Below, piece by piece: positions 17,252-28,100 of a DNA stretch of 64,000 nucleotides. Position numbers and translations under genes: made by a program. The DNA comes from a virus, in IMG/VR virus record IMGVR_UViG_3300009068_000024, positions 32,001 to 96,000 of that record; one strand, given 5' to 3'. The notes beneath the pieces are model-generated. The model had not been told where the DNA came from. It did not search any database and saw only the letters and a program-made list of their open reading frames with translations. The stretch's first letter is position 1, and every line of letters begins with the position of its first letter.

Positions 17252-18649
17252 ATGGCTAAAAGTATCATGGAGCAGATCGCAATGCTTCCACCTGAAGAAC
17301 AGGCTAAAGTGCTATCCGGTATGGATGCAGACTCACTCATGTGGGACTGGTCAGTCTGGGGTAGGCCAGAGCAGCAAGCACCTGAAGGTGACTGGAACAT
17401 CTGGGCTTATATAGCCGGTCGTGGTGCTGGTAAGACTAGAACTGCTGCTGAGTGGGTTCGTGAAGAAGCTAAGTACACAACTACAGGGCAGAGACGCTTT
17501 GCTCTGGTTGCTCGTACTGCAGCTGACGTACGTGACGTTATCGTTGAAGGTGAGTCTGGCATTATGAATGTCACTCCACCTAGCGAGAGGCCATTGTATG
17601 AGCCATCTAAGCGAAGACTAACTTGGCCTAATGGCAATACGGCTACTTGTTTCACTGCTGATGAACCTGACTCACTTCGTGGTCCTCAGTTTACTCATTC
17701 CTGGGGTGACGAGATTGCAGCCTGGAGACAGACTCCTGATGCTGCAGGTATGACTGCCTTTGACAACCTTCGTGTTGGTACTCGTCTTGGATCTAATCCT
17801 AAGATCATGGTCACTACTACACCTAAGCGTGTACCTTTGCTTTATAAGCTTATCGAAGAAGCTAAGACCGGTCGTGTTGTGATTACTCGTGGTTCTACTC
17901 TTGACAATTCAGGTAACCTATCCGGTGCTTATCTTGATGCTATTACAGGAGTCTATGCGGGTACTCGTTTAGCTCAGCAGGAAATCTATGGAGAGATGCT
18001 TGACGATGTCGAAGGTGCACTTTGGACTTCTGAAGTTATTGATCTAGGTAGACAGTCCGGTATGCCTCTTGGAACTCCACTTAGAGTTATTGGAGTAGAC
18101 CCTAGCGTTGCTGAGAATCCTAGAGATGAATGCGGCATTGTTGTATGTGCCTCTACTTCTGAAAGAGATCTTTATAAGCGTCAGGCTTGGGTGCTTGAGG
18201 ACGCTAGCGTTCTTGGCTCTCCAACTGTTTGGGCTGAGAAAGTCGTTGAGATGGCTCGTAAGTGGGGCTGCCCTGTTGTTGCTGAGGTAAACCAAGGTGG
18301 AGCATTAGTGAAGAATGCTATTCACACTATCGACCCGAACATTGTAGTTCTTGAGGTTCATAGTAAATACGGTAAGGCTCTTCGAGCTGAGCCTGTTACT
18401 CTTGCCTACGAGCAAGGTCGTGTCCATCACGTTGGCTTCTTGGCAGACTTAGAGTCTCAAATGTATTCTTGGATTCCAGGCGAAGGCAAGTCGCCAGACA
18501 GAGTTGACGCATTGGTCCATGCTATGACTGCTCTACTTATCAAACCTCCTTCAGGCTTTACAGGTGGAAAGATTACTGCCCGTTCTATGGGAAGCCGAAA
18601 GATAGACACAGGCAGCAAGACTAGCCGATCAATCTTTAGGCTTAGATAA
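17252..18649 (+). CDS. terL: terminase large subunit
   Basis: Walker A AGRGAGKT, LRGPQF, GDE, VTTTP, RNase H-like IGVDPS, SPDRVDA. Confidence 0.95.
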   Translation: MAKSIMEQIAMLPPEEQAKVLSGMDADSLMWDWSVWGRPEQQAPEGDWNIWAYIAGRGAGKTRTAAEWVREEAKYTTTGQRRFALVARTAADVRDVIVEGESGIMNVTPPSERPLYEPSKRRLTWPNGNTATCFTADEPDSLRGPQFTHSWGDEIAAWRQTPDAAGMTAFDNLRVGTRLGSNPKIMVTTTPKRVPLLYKLIEEAKTGRVVITRGSTLDNSGNLSGAYLDAITGVYAGTRLAQQEIYGEMLDDVEGALWTSEVIDLGRQSGMPLGTPLRVIGVDPSVAENPRDECGIVVCASTSERDLYKRQAWVLEDASVLGSPTVWAEKVVEMARKWGCPVVAEVNQGGALVKNAIHTIDPNIVVLEVHSKYGKALRAEPVTLAYEQGRVHHVGFLADLESQMYSWIPGEGKSPDRVDALVHAMTALLIKPPSGFTGGKITARSMGSRKIDTGSKTSRSIFRLR

Positions 18650-18773
18650 ACTAAACCCCCTAGCCTAGTAAGGCTAAGGGGCTTAGTGTCTAAGGATAAA
18701 TGAAAGTAAAACCTTAGACTTTTGGGGGAGAGATTAGTCCCCCTGCCTATTAGCAAGGGGACTAACCCAACGC

Positions 18774-18995
18774 TTACTTATCTAGTATTGGAGCTAAGGC
18801 AAACACTAGGCTAAACATTCCACCGAATAGCAAGCCGTTGCTAATTATTTCATTCATAGTTGATGACTGCCCTGCTCCATAGGCTACTAGTAACCCATAG
18901 CCTAAGACATAGGCAATTGCTATAACAGGGGTGATAACTATCCCTGCTAGTAATCTTCTAACTACTACAACTGAGGTTCTAACTTCTCTGCTCAT
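18774..18995 (-). CDS. small two-TM protein
   Basis: Minus-strand cassette with header at 19019-19080. Confidence 0.65.
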   Translation of the reverse strand: MSREVRTSVVVVRRLLAGIVITPVIAIAYVLGYGLLVAYGAGQSSTMNEIISNGLLFGGMFSLVFALAPILDK

Positions 18996-19196
18996 TTTTT
19001 AGTCCTTATCATTTATTTAGTTAGGCACTTTACCTAACTAAGTCCAGACTAATCTAATGCGGTGAGCCTGTCAAGCGTGTTTCATAACATTTAGATAACA
19101 ACCTAGAATTTGGATCTCGCAACTAAGGCAGGGCAGGGCAGGGCAGGGTAAAGAATAACCCCCCTATTGCTAGGGGGGCTATCTATTTATTTAGAC

Positions 19197-19415
19197 TTAT
19201 CTAAGTCCTAAGCGTTCCTCTGCCTGAGCCTCTAAATAGGAAACTTCCTCAGCATCATTAGTCCCCTGAGCATTACCAAATAGTTCCCAAGTAAAGAGTT
19301 CATTGGTTAGTTCCTGAGTTGCCTTGATAATTTCCTGAGCCTTCTCCCAACTATGAACTTCATAGACAGGGGCAACGCCATCAGCAGTAGTAATTGTTAG
19401 TGAATAGATTTTCAT
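19197..19415 (-). CDS. hypothetical protein
   Basis: RBS aaagga; promoter TTGACT-N17-TAAGTT and hairpin at 19441-19496. Confidence 0.7.
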   Translation of the reverse strand: MKIYSLTITTADGVAPVYEVHSWEKAQEIIKATQELTNELFTWELFGNAQGTNDAEEVSYLEAQAEERLGLR

Positions 19416-19560
19416 TTTTATTCCTTTTCATTTTTGGATAGTTAGGCAACTTACCTAACTACTTACTAACTTAGTCCCTATAAGGCAATAAGTCAAGTTT
19501 ATTTGATAACAATTTGATAACAGAAGCTAGCCGCCAATACCGAACCTAATGCCGAACTAA

Positions 19561-19630
19561 CTAGGCAGGGCTAGGCAGAACAGGGCTAGGCAGAACAGGG
19601 CTAGGCAGAACAGGGCTAGGCTCACAGGGT
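19561..19630. repeat. tandem repeat (CAGGGCTAGGCAGAA)x3
   Basis: Read directly from the sequence. Confidence 0.85.
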
Positions 19631-19677
19631 AAAGAATAAACCCTGCCTATTACTAGGCAGGGCTTAGACTTAGTTCC

Positions 19678-19866
19678 CTAGCGTGTCTTAGGGAATTCCT
19701 GAGTTTCCCTAGCCTGAGCCTCACACTGCTCACAGGCTAACTGCTTAGGCTCAGGGTCTAAATAATCTTCCCATAAGATAGCCTTAGCAAGGTTGGCACA
19801 GCCAAGAGTGTCGCAAGTCTTGACTTGGTTGTTGAATGAGTAGATATTTATTTGACTGATAAACAT
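19678..19866 (-). CDS. small Zn-finger protein
   Basis: RBS gaaagg; CDTLGC...CEQC; cassette header at 19891-19945. Confidence 0.6.
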   Translation of the reverse strand: MFISQINIYSFNNQVKTCDTLGCANLAKAILWEDYLDPEPKQLACEQCEAQARETQEFPKTR

Positions 19867-20086
19867 TTGGAGCCTTTCATTTTTTTGGACATTAGGCAAT
19901 TACCTAACTACTATCAACATTAGGGCTATGCGGTTAGTAAGTCAAGTTTATTTGATAACAATTTAGTAAAGCTATTCGATCCAAACTGCCGAACCTAATG
20001 CCGAATTAGACAGGCTTAGGCAGATAGGCACAGGCTCAGGCTCAGGCTTAGACAGGGTTAGGCTCAGGCTCACAGGCTAAACAGGG

Positions 20087-20176
20087 TTAGGGCTTATGCG
20101 GTTAGGGCTTATGCGGTTAGGGCTTATGCGGTTAGGGCTTATGCGGTTAGGGCTTATGCGGTTAGGGCTTATGCGG
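20087..20176. repeat. perfect tandem repeat (TTAGGGCTTATGCGG)x6, flanked by CAGGCT/CAGGCA hexamer arrays (about 20010-20316)
   Basis: Read directly from the sequence. Confidence 0.9.
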
Positions 20177-20215
20177 ACAGGCTCAGGCTCAGGCTTAGAC
20201 AGGCTCAGGCTTAGA

Positions 20216-20247
<32 letters not shown>

Positions 20248-20377
20248 CAGGCACAGGCTCACAGGCACAGGCTCACAGGCACAGGCTCAGGCACAGGCAC
20301 AGGCTCAGGCTCACAGGGTAAAACTAAACCCTGCCTATTGCTAGACAGGGTTTAGGCTTGTTGGTTAGGCTTGTTGC

Positions 20378-20641
20378 CTAATCACAGGCACAAGGCACAG
20401 CGCCAGAACAGCAATCGAAACAGGCAGGGACACCCTGTTCCAAGTGCCTGTCGCAAAAAGCTTCGACAGACACCTTAGAACGCTCACAGGCAGACATTCC
20501 ACACTTAAACTGAGAGTTGGCAGGGGTTAGGTTGCCTGAGTAGTGAGTGAAACACAAGCCTGAGATAAACCTGTTGTCTAGGCAGTTAGCAACTGAGCAA
20601 GTGATAGGTGAAACTGAGTTCTTAGACTTAGTAGAGAACAT
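20378..20641 (-). CDS. Cys/His-rich protein (repeated C..C...C..H knuckles)
   Basis: CSVANC...CFTH and CGMSAC...CDRH; leader nearly identical to that of 19678-19866. Confidence 0.65.
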   Translation of the reverse strand: MFSTKSKNSVSPITCSVANCLDNRFISGLCFTHYSGNLTPANSQFKCGMSACERSKVSVEAFCDRHLEQGVPACFDCCSGAVPCACD

Positions 20642-20762
20642 TTTGGAGCCTTTCATTTTTTTGGACATTAGGCAATTACCTAACTAATACAACAATACCA
20701 ATTTTTAGGCAGATAGCAAATTGAAACACCAATTTTTTATTACAAATTGATAACAACTATTC

Positions 20763-20810
20763 TCGAACACTTGTTCGAAATTCGATACAAACTTTCGAAC
20801 ACTTGTTCGA
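20763..20810. promoter_or_regulatory. two LexA (SOS) box-like palindromes TCGAACACTTGTTCGA
   Basis: Copies at 20763-20778 and 20795-20810 match the actinobacterial TCGAAC-N4-GTTCGA consensus. Confidence 0.75.
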
Positions 20811-20940
20811 AGCTGGAAACAAATTTGGACAAGCCGAAATATACCCATTGGCGGATCGCAGGCCAAAGTCAAAAAAAGTTAAGGTATCATTTTTAAATAA
20901 AGTACGTAAACTTAGGACGAAAAGATGATACACTAGATCC

Positions 20941-21447
20941 ATGACTAGACGTTTAGCAAGAGATCTTCCTCTCCCCCAATCCGAAGTCGACCTCCTCAAC
21001 AAACTGGACCGACGTCGACTACTTTCCAGAGTCCACCAGCTCTATCACGCCGGCTGGACTCTTTCGGCTATTGGGAATGCCTTCACGCCCCCAAAGGGTC
21101 GCTCGACCATCAAGGCTTGGGTTGATCAGAACGACACGTTCAACCAGATCGACGTCCCCATTCCAAATCCTACTCACAAGACCCCTAAAAACGGTTACCA
21201 ACGTCTGACTCCCGTTTCTCCCGGAGTTCCTCCGATCACCGCTGAGCAGCTACGCCAACTAGCCCCCGTTGCCCAACAGTATCGAGCCCGTACTCCAAGC
21301 GGATCTAAACCTGCTATTGCAAACGCCCTTATGAACCAGATCATCCGCGATCTACGTTCCATCGACGTCTCTATTGCCGACATTGCTCGTGCAGCTGGAG
21401 TTACTCACCGTGCAATCGCAAAACGAGTTTCTAAGCTAGGATTGTGA
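20941..21447 (+). CDS. double HTH DNA-binding protein
   Basis: GWTLSAIGNAF...RSTIKAW and VSIADIARAAGVTHRAI. Confidence 0.75.
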   Translation: MTRRLARDLPLPQSEVDLLNKLDRRRLLSRVHQLYHAGWTLSAIGNAFTPPKGRSTIKAWVDQNDTFNQIDVPIPNPTHKTPKNGYQRLTPVSPGVPPITAEQLRQLAPVAQQYRARTPSGSKPAIANALMNQIIRDLRSIDVSIADIARAAGVTHRAIAKRVSKLGL

Positions 21448-21448
21448 C

Positions 21449-21817
21449 ATGCAAATACTTCACGACGTTTTCCCAGCTCACGTTGCTTTAGTTCCGGCAA
21501 ACGCTATCACCGACGTCCACACCTTAGTTTCCTATCCGAACTCTCTCGGAAGCTACTACATTCAGACTGCCCGAGTCATTGTTACCGACACTAGCATCAC
21601 CATTGCAGCAGATGCCCCTGAAGGCCCGCAAATAGTTTTCAACGAACGTTATACGTTCTTTGAAAAGGCAGTAACTCCAGAAACAGACTCATACGTTATC
21701 ACCGAATCTGGAAAAATGCTTGCCTACAAGAAAGACACCAACTGCGGTTGTGGATCACGTCTACGTTCTTGGAATCCATATAAAACCCTAACATCGAATC
21801 GAGACCCAATTGCTTAA
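21449..21817 (+). CDS. hypothetical protein (CGCGSRLRSW motif)
   Basis: ORF in the head operon. Confidence 0.7.
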   Translation: MQILHDVFPAHVALVPANAITDVHTLVSYPNSLGSYYIQTARVIVTDTSITIAADAPEGPQIVFNERYTFFEKAVTPETDSYVITESGKMLAYKKDTNCGCGSRLRSWNPYKTLTSNRDPIA

Positions 21818-22097
21818 TGATCCATACTTGACGTTTATCATCCTTGCTCTAGCCAGTTTTAGATTGACGCGACTAGTCACCACCGACGTAATTTTTGACG
21901 CCCCTAGACAATGGATTTGGAAAAAATTTCCGCCTTCCACAACGCTAGGCTACCTCTTTACCTGCGACTGGTGTACAAGCATTTGGGTTGCATCAGCTAT
22001 CACAATTTCGTATACAATAGTACCAACGATAACTTTGATCGGGGCATTACCTTTTGCTCTATCTGCAGTTGTCGGAATATTGGCCGCACGTGTTTAA
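21810..22097 (+). CDS. DUF1360-like membrane protein
   Basis: LASFRLTRLVTTD...LFTCDWCTSIW. Confidence 0.75.
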   Translation: MLNDPYLTFIILALASFRLTRLVTTDVIFDAPRQWIWKKFPPSTTLGYLFTCDWCTSIWVASAITISYTIVPTITLIGALPFALSAVVGILAARV

Positions 22098-22135
22098 CCA
22101 TAACAACGTTCCGCTACTAATGACAGGAGAAAATT

Positions 22136-23941
22136 TTGGGCATCTTTAGCCGTAACCAGGATGATAAAAATCCTCAAAAGCCACGCCAAGGCATTCGAGC
22201 AACCTCTGCCAATCAGCGTACTACCACCAACCCAACCGGTCTCCCGTCTAACTCAGTTTTTCTAAACCCAAACTACACTCCTGTTGAGCCAACCGCTTAT
22301 TCAGCCTTACGTCCACTTACTGCAGCTGCAGTTCAAGTACCGCTTAATGACCGTGGTGAAGCAGAACGCTTCCGTAGCCGTAGAACTTCAACATCTTCTA
22401 GCTGGCAATCAGACGCCTGGGAGTATTACGATGCAATTGGCGAGATCAAGTACGCTTTTAACCTAGTTTCTAGCGTTGTTTCTCGTATTCGCCTTTACGC
22501 AGCCGTTATTCAAGACCCTGCAGAAGCTCCAACTCCTGTACGTCTAGCAGATAACATCTCCCCCGACCTAGCTTCTGCTGCAGAACGTGCCCTAGCTCGC
22601 CTAGACTCTGCCTACGGAGGTCAGGCAGGTCTTCTTCGCGACGCTGCTTTGAACCTTGCAGTTGCTGGAGAATGCTATTTAGTCCAATCTCCTGCTCGTG
22701 TTGGCTCAAACGTTCCAGAATCTTGGGATATTCGCTCTGTAGACGAACTTAGCGTTGACGGAAAAGGCAATTATTTGATTGCTGGACGTCGAGACTACAA
22801 TCAGGGTAACTCGGCGATGTCTTCTACTAACAAAAACATCATCAAACTTGCTCCAAACGCATTTGTTGGACGTATTTGGCGAGCTCACCCACGTTTTTCT
22901 GATGAAGCTGACTCCAGTTTGAAGGGTATGCTCGATCTTTGCGCTGAATTGTTGCTTCTAAACCGCACATTCCGTGCAACTGCAAGAAGCCGACTAAACG
23001 CAGGTGCTCTATACCTACCAGATGGCCTTTCTGTAGCCTCTACACCGGACCCAAACTACCCTTACGAGGATGCTGACGGCCTTTATTCTGACCCAACTCC
23101 TGAAGAATTGCAAGATGAGTTCGAAGATCAGCTAATTGACGCGATGACAACCCCGATTCGTGACGAAGATTCAGCTTCAGCAGTTGTTCCACTGATTATT
23201 CGTGGTCCAGCAGACCTTGGAGACAAGATTAAGCAGTTCAAGTTCGAGCGTAGCTTCGATCCAGCCCTTGCAGAGCGTTCAGATCGTGTTTTAGAGCGTA
23301 TTTTGCAAGGAATCGACGTCCCTAAGGACATTGTTACCGGTCTAGCCAACGTAAAGTATTCAAATGCGATGCAAATCGATGAATCTCTCTACAAAGCACA
23401 CATTGAACCTCTAATGTTGCTCATTGCAGACGCTTTTACCGTTGTTTACCTACGTCCTTACCTCTTAGCTAACGGTTACAACCCTGCAGACGTTGACAGA
23501 CTCGTAATTTGGTACGATCCAAGTGCTGTAGCGACTCGTAATGACCGCGCAATGGATGCTGACTCTGGTTTTGACAAGATGGCAGTGTCTTACGACACTT
23601 GGAGACGTGCTCATGGCTTTACTGACCAGGATGCACCGGGCCCAACAGAGCTTGGATTGCGTCTTTTGGTCGAAAAGGGTGTAATTACCCCAGAATTGAC
23701 GGAAGCTTTGCTTTCGGCAGTAGCTCCGGAGATGATGGCAAAGGCTAGAGAGGCTCAACAAGCCTCTAGCGTTGCTCCAATGCCTCAGGATGTGTCACAG
23801 ATGCTCCAGGGCGTCCAGCCAGGCGCAGAAGCTCCTACAGGGGCACCTGAAGCAGCTCCTGCCGCCCCTGAAGCGGCTGCACCAGCTGAAGAGGTTACTC
23901 CAATTCAGTTAGCGGAACCAACAACAACCCCTCAACAATAA
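22136..23941 (+). CDS. portal protein (actinophage cluster-B-like)
   Basis: WQSDAWEYYDAIGE, NLAVAGECY, RSRLNAGALYLP, SAVVPLIIRGP; position after TerL. Confidence 0.85.
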   Translation: MGIFSRNQDDKNPQKPRQGIRATSANQRTTTNPTGLPSNSVFLNPNYTPVEPTAYSALRPLTAAAVQVPLNDRGEAERFRSRRTSTSSSWQSDAWEYYDAIGEIKYAFNLVSSVVSRIRLYAAVIQDPAEAPTPVRLADNISPDLASAAERALARLDSAYGGQAGLLRDAALNLAVAGECYLVQSPARVGSNVPESWDIRSVDELSVDGKGNYLIAGRRDYNQGNSAMSSTNKNIIKLAPNAFVGRIWRAHPRFSDEADSSLKGMLDLCAELLLLNRTFRATARSRLNAGALYLPDGLSVASTPDPNYPYEDADGLYSDPTPEELQDEFEDQLIDAMTTPIRDEDSASAVVPLIIRGPADLGDKIKQFKFERSFDPALAERSDRVLERILQGIDVPKDIVTGLANVKYSNAMQIDESLYKAHIEPLMLLIADAFTVVYLRPYLLANGYNPADVDRLVIWYDPSAVATRNDRAMDADSGFDKMAVSYDTWRRAHGFTDQDAPGPTELGLRLLVEKGVITPELTEALLSAVAPEMMAKAREAQQASSVAPMPQDVSQMLQGVQPGAEAPTGAPEAAPAAPEAAAPAEEVTPIQLAEPTTTPQQ

Positions 23942-23958
23942 ACTAAGGAAATATTCAA

Positions 23959-25116
23959 ATGGATATGATAATTAACCCAGAAGGAGCTTCAAGCAAGCAA
24001 GATCTTGCTCAGATGCTAGCTGTTCTGTTGTCAGATACAGTAACCTTCAAATTCCTAGCCCATGGCTATCACTGGAACGTACGTGGAATTAATTTTCCGC
24101 AGTTCCACGACAAATTCGCTGAGATTTACGAAGATGCAGACGATGCAATTGACCCATTTGCAGAAAATATTCGTAAGCTAGGATTTGACGCACCATTCTT
24201 GCTAACTGACTACGTATCTCTTACAGGAATTCAAGCAACTCCAGTTTCAGCCGATCCAGTTGATATGTCTGCTTCGCTTTACCAAGCAAATGCTTACATT
24301 ATTAGCGTAATCAGGGCTACTTTTGAGATTGCCAATGCTCTTAACGAGCAGGGTATTGCAAACTTCCTTGCAGAACGTGATGACCAGCACAACAAGTGGG
24401 CATGGCAGCTAGGCACAATCATTGGAGCTGATTCAACAGCTCAGGGCGACTTGGGAAAATCTGAGGCTGACCTACCTATAACAGCATCGCAAGATGTGGT
24501 AGATCAGCCTGAAACTCCTGTTTACGTTTCAGCTGCAAAGAATGATGATGCTTATCCAACTAAGAAAGTAACCTTCTCGAATGAAACCGAGAAGCAACTT
24601 TCAAGTTTGACTAAGGAACATAATGCCGGAAAAGATCTAGACGATCTTGTTTCAATTGCAACTTTGCGTGCAGTGTATAGACGAGGTGTTCGTGCTTTCA
24701 CTGCTAGTGGTAAGCCAGACACTGAACTCTCCGTTTGGGCAGAAGCTAGAGTAAAAGCATTCTTGTCTTTAGTAGAAAACAAACGTCCATCAAATGCGCG
24801 TTACACGCAGGATAACGATCTGCTACCTACTAGCCACCCTTGCAGCACAGTAGACACTAGTCAAGGCTTGACTGCATCTATTGCTGCTAGTAGAGATCTT
24901 GCTATCTCTATTAAATCTGAATTGGAATATAACGGTCCAGAAGACGCAATCTATTCTCTAGCTGAATATTCAGGATTGGGATATGAAGTAGTTCCAGCAC
25001 TGCGTGCTGTTTGGAAGAGGGCTATCGACGAGTTCGAGCCTCCTTTTGATAGAGCAGTCGGACTAGCTACTAAACTGTATCAAAGTAAAGACGCTGACCT
25101 TCTACCGACTAAATAG
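23959..25116 (+). CDS. dps: Dps/ferritin-like domain fused to phage head-associated domains
   Basis: AHGYHWNVRG..F...H..F...YE.....D..AE.IRKLG ferroxidase signature; C-terminal VYRRG...WAEARV...DNDLLP domain. Confidence 0.85.
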   Translation: MDMIINPEGASSKQDLAQMLAVLLSDTVTFKFLAHGYHWNVRGINFPQFHDKFAEIYEDADDAIDPFAENIRKLGFDAPFLLTDYVSLTGIQATPVSADPVDMSASLYQANAYIISVIRATFEIANALNEQGIANFLAERDDQHNKWAWQLGTIIGADSTAQGDLGKSEADLPITASQDVVDQPETPVYVSAAKNDDAYPTKKVTFSNETEKQLSSLTKEHNAGKDLDDLVSIATLRAVYRRGVRAFTASGKPDTELSVWAEARVKAFLSLVENKRPSNARYTQDNDLLPTSHPCSTVDTSQGLTASIAASRDLAISIKSELEYNGPEDAIYSLAEYSGLGYEVVPALRAVWKRAIDEFEPPFDRAVGLATKLYQSKDADLLPTK

Positions 25117-25133
25117 TAAGAAAGATCTCCCCA

Positions 25134-28100
25134 GTGAGTAAGAAAATTAATCTAATTAAGCAGTTTGATGACCAACTAGCAGTCGAGATGCCCGAAGATA
25201 TTTCGGTATCAGAACTAATATTCAACTTCACCCTAGAACAAAACGCTAGAGTGGAAGAGATTCGTCGTGTCACCGAACAGCAATTAGAAACTGTTGCGCT
25301 GAGATCACTCACTGCTTCTGCGACAGAAAATCTTACTACCGACGTACGTTATTTCAACGTTCTACGTGAACTTTCGCATTTCCTTAGTTTGGCTACAGAA
25401 GGTCCACGTCCAAACGGTGAAGACCGTAATACTGATCTACTCCCTGAATACCACCCAAGTTCTACGGCTGAGCTATCACTTGATCCAATCACGTTTCGTG
25501 CTCGCCGTGGGGCTTGGTACTCAGCCGACCCACGAATTGAAGACGAAGAAGTTCGCTCACTAGTTGCATCTGTCTATGGCTCCCACCCGATGGATGTACA
25601 GTTCCAACACGCTTATACACGTCTGCTAGCTCTTCCAGCTGGAAGTCTTCCAGTTGACATTATCGTCAGCCCGCTTACAGCCGGTGTTTGGGGTAAAGTA
25701 AAAAGCACATACAGCAAAGCAATGAATGTTTTTAAAGGAAAGAACTCTAGTTTCTGGCGTTCACTTCGTGCCAAGCGTCAGCTCCGTGACTCTAAGGGTC
25801 GCTGGATCGAGATGGGCGGCGGAGGCCAAGTAAACGTTCGTTTCCCTAGAGGAAATGTTAGAGCTGTCTCAGGTAAAGTTGCTGGCTACTCTACAAAGGG
25901 TGGATATATTGATTTTGAAGTTACAGACATCCCAGGGCTAAAGAATGGTCTGTATAGAGTTCCAGCCGCAGCCTTTGAAGGTGTTGCCGCTATTCTTCCT
26001 GCAGAAGCAGTTAAGGGTCTTCCAGTCGGAAATGCAATTCCTGATGACAACCAGATTATTGACATTAAAGATCTTGTTCCTGCAGAAATGCCTGAGGGCT
26101 GGGTAAAAAGTCCATACACTCCAACCAGCTCGGTTTTTGACAACAATGAACTTGATTCTGACTCAGTTTATGACTCTGCAGACGGCTACACAGCTACTGT
26201 AGTAAATAAGCCAGGGAAAGTTTCTGAAGGATTTGTAAACAAGGCTAAAGAAACATATGGCGATACTCTAGAAATTGTTGGCTCAGATGGTACTGAAAAC
26301 CTAGACATGAGTAAGCCACTAATCACAGTTTGGGCATCAAAGCGTGGTAAAGGAGCCAAGAGCCCTATTGGTTTTGCTCAGGACTGGGCTGGCGTACAAA
26401 AAATTGCTGGAGATGAAGACGATAGATTTGGTGACAAAGATAACCAAGATCTAACTCCAGAAGAAAAGCCTAAGGCTATGATTCCTGCTCAGCCTAGCCA
26501 AAGAAGGGAAAAGCCTGAAGACGAGGGAGAGCCTAATAAGCCGTATGACGATGGATCTAATCCAGACGCTTCTATGCCAGAAGGTTGGAACAAGATCGGC
26601 GATCACACTTACCTATCTAAGGATCGTAGATTCCGAGTAACTTATGGATTTGGCCAGTCTGATGTTGTTTTGGTGTATGACCAAAGAACTGGAAACGTTT
26701 CATTCCAACCAATTATGTCTGACGGTGTGTATACCCTAACCGAACGTGACGGCAATGGTGACTTCACTATGGACACTCAGATTCCATTCTTTAACTGGGA
26801 GCAGGTTGAAGACCAGGTCCATGCTATTAAATATCTAGAAGCTTTAGACCCGCTGTTTAACCCTAACATTGCCAACGTTCCGGACTACCAAAGAGAGATG
26901 TATTCTAAGCTAGACCCATCAGAACGTTTCCAGTACGATTACTTCGGCCCAGGTTCTGACATGATCAAGAAAGCTGATGCAATTATTGCACAGTTCCTGC
27001 AAGACTTCTATCCTGGAGACTTCACCTCACCAAAATTCAATGACAATGGTTTCTGGTCTGGAAAAGGAGCAAGGTCTGATACTTCTGCAAGAATTGTAGA
27101 TTCTGGAGATAACCTAAGAAGCGTTCAAATTATAGACAAACGCATAGGTCCTCTCAAGACACACCCTATCTACCCTGGAGAAGACGAGAATGAGGTTCTT
27201 ACACAGGCTCTTAGGGATTGGTTCGTACTTCCAGATAATCTACAAAGGTTCAGTTTGTATTCAGAGTTTAAAGACTTTGACATTACTAACGGTAGAAGTG
27301 CAGAAAAAACTCGAAAAGCTGTTGCAGAAATATACTACGAGATGCATGTTGCTTCCGAGAATGAACCGAACAAATTTAATGATGATACTTATTATGTATC
27401 TAGACTACATTCAGGGCTAAGAAAATATGTAGACTCTAAAGAAGCAAAAAATACAGATCTAGGTCCTTCTCAGAATAGAGCCAATGATGATTTCATTCCT
27501 AACGAGGGTCAGGTCCGTCGTCTAGTTGCAATCCTAAACTCTAGATACGTTCAAGATGAGCCAGAGCTTTGGGATAAAGTTAGAGCGATCAGAAAGAATC
27601 CTGAAGAGCACACTGTAAAAGAAGTAAATGATCTTGCAGCGTATATTGAAAAGAACTTCCGTGAACTGACCTCACCTGAAAAGGGTCTGGCTTCATGGCT
27701 ACAAAAGTCTTATCTCAAGTGGGCTCTAGATAACAAAAACTGGAGCAAAGAAGAAGCAGAAGAGATCAGAAAAAAGATCGATAACAATACTCTAACTAGA
27801 GCAGAATATGATCAGCTTCACGAGAGAGCTTATAATCTACCTTTTAAACCACTTCAGGCTCCAGAACCTACGCCAGAAGAAATAGCTGAATTAGAAAAAC
27901 TTAGAGCAGCCGAGAACACTGTAAACGGTAAGCCTGACTACTGGCTAGCAGATCAGCCAACTGAAAGCCCTAAATACCTTCGCAGTAATATTCCGCAAGA
28001 GGCTATGGGGCCTAGCGATGGGCAACTGGTTGGTATCGAAAGATTCTTAGAGGATAGAAATATTCCTGAAGAGTTAGTCCAAGAGTTTATGGACAACTAC

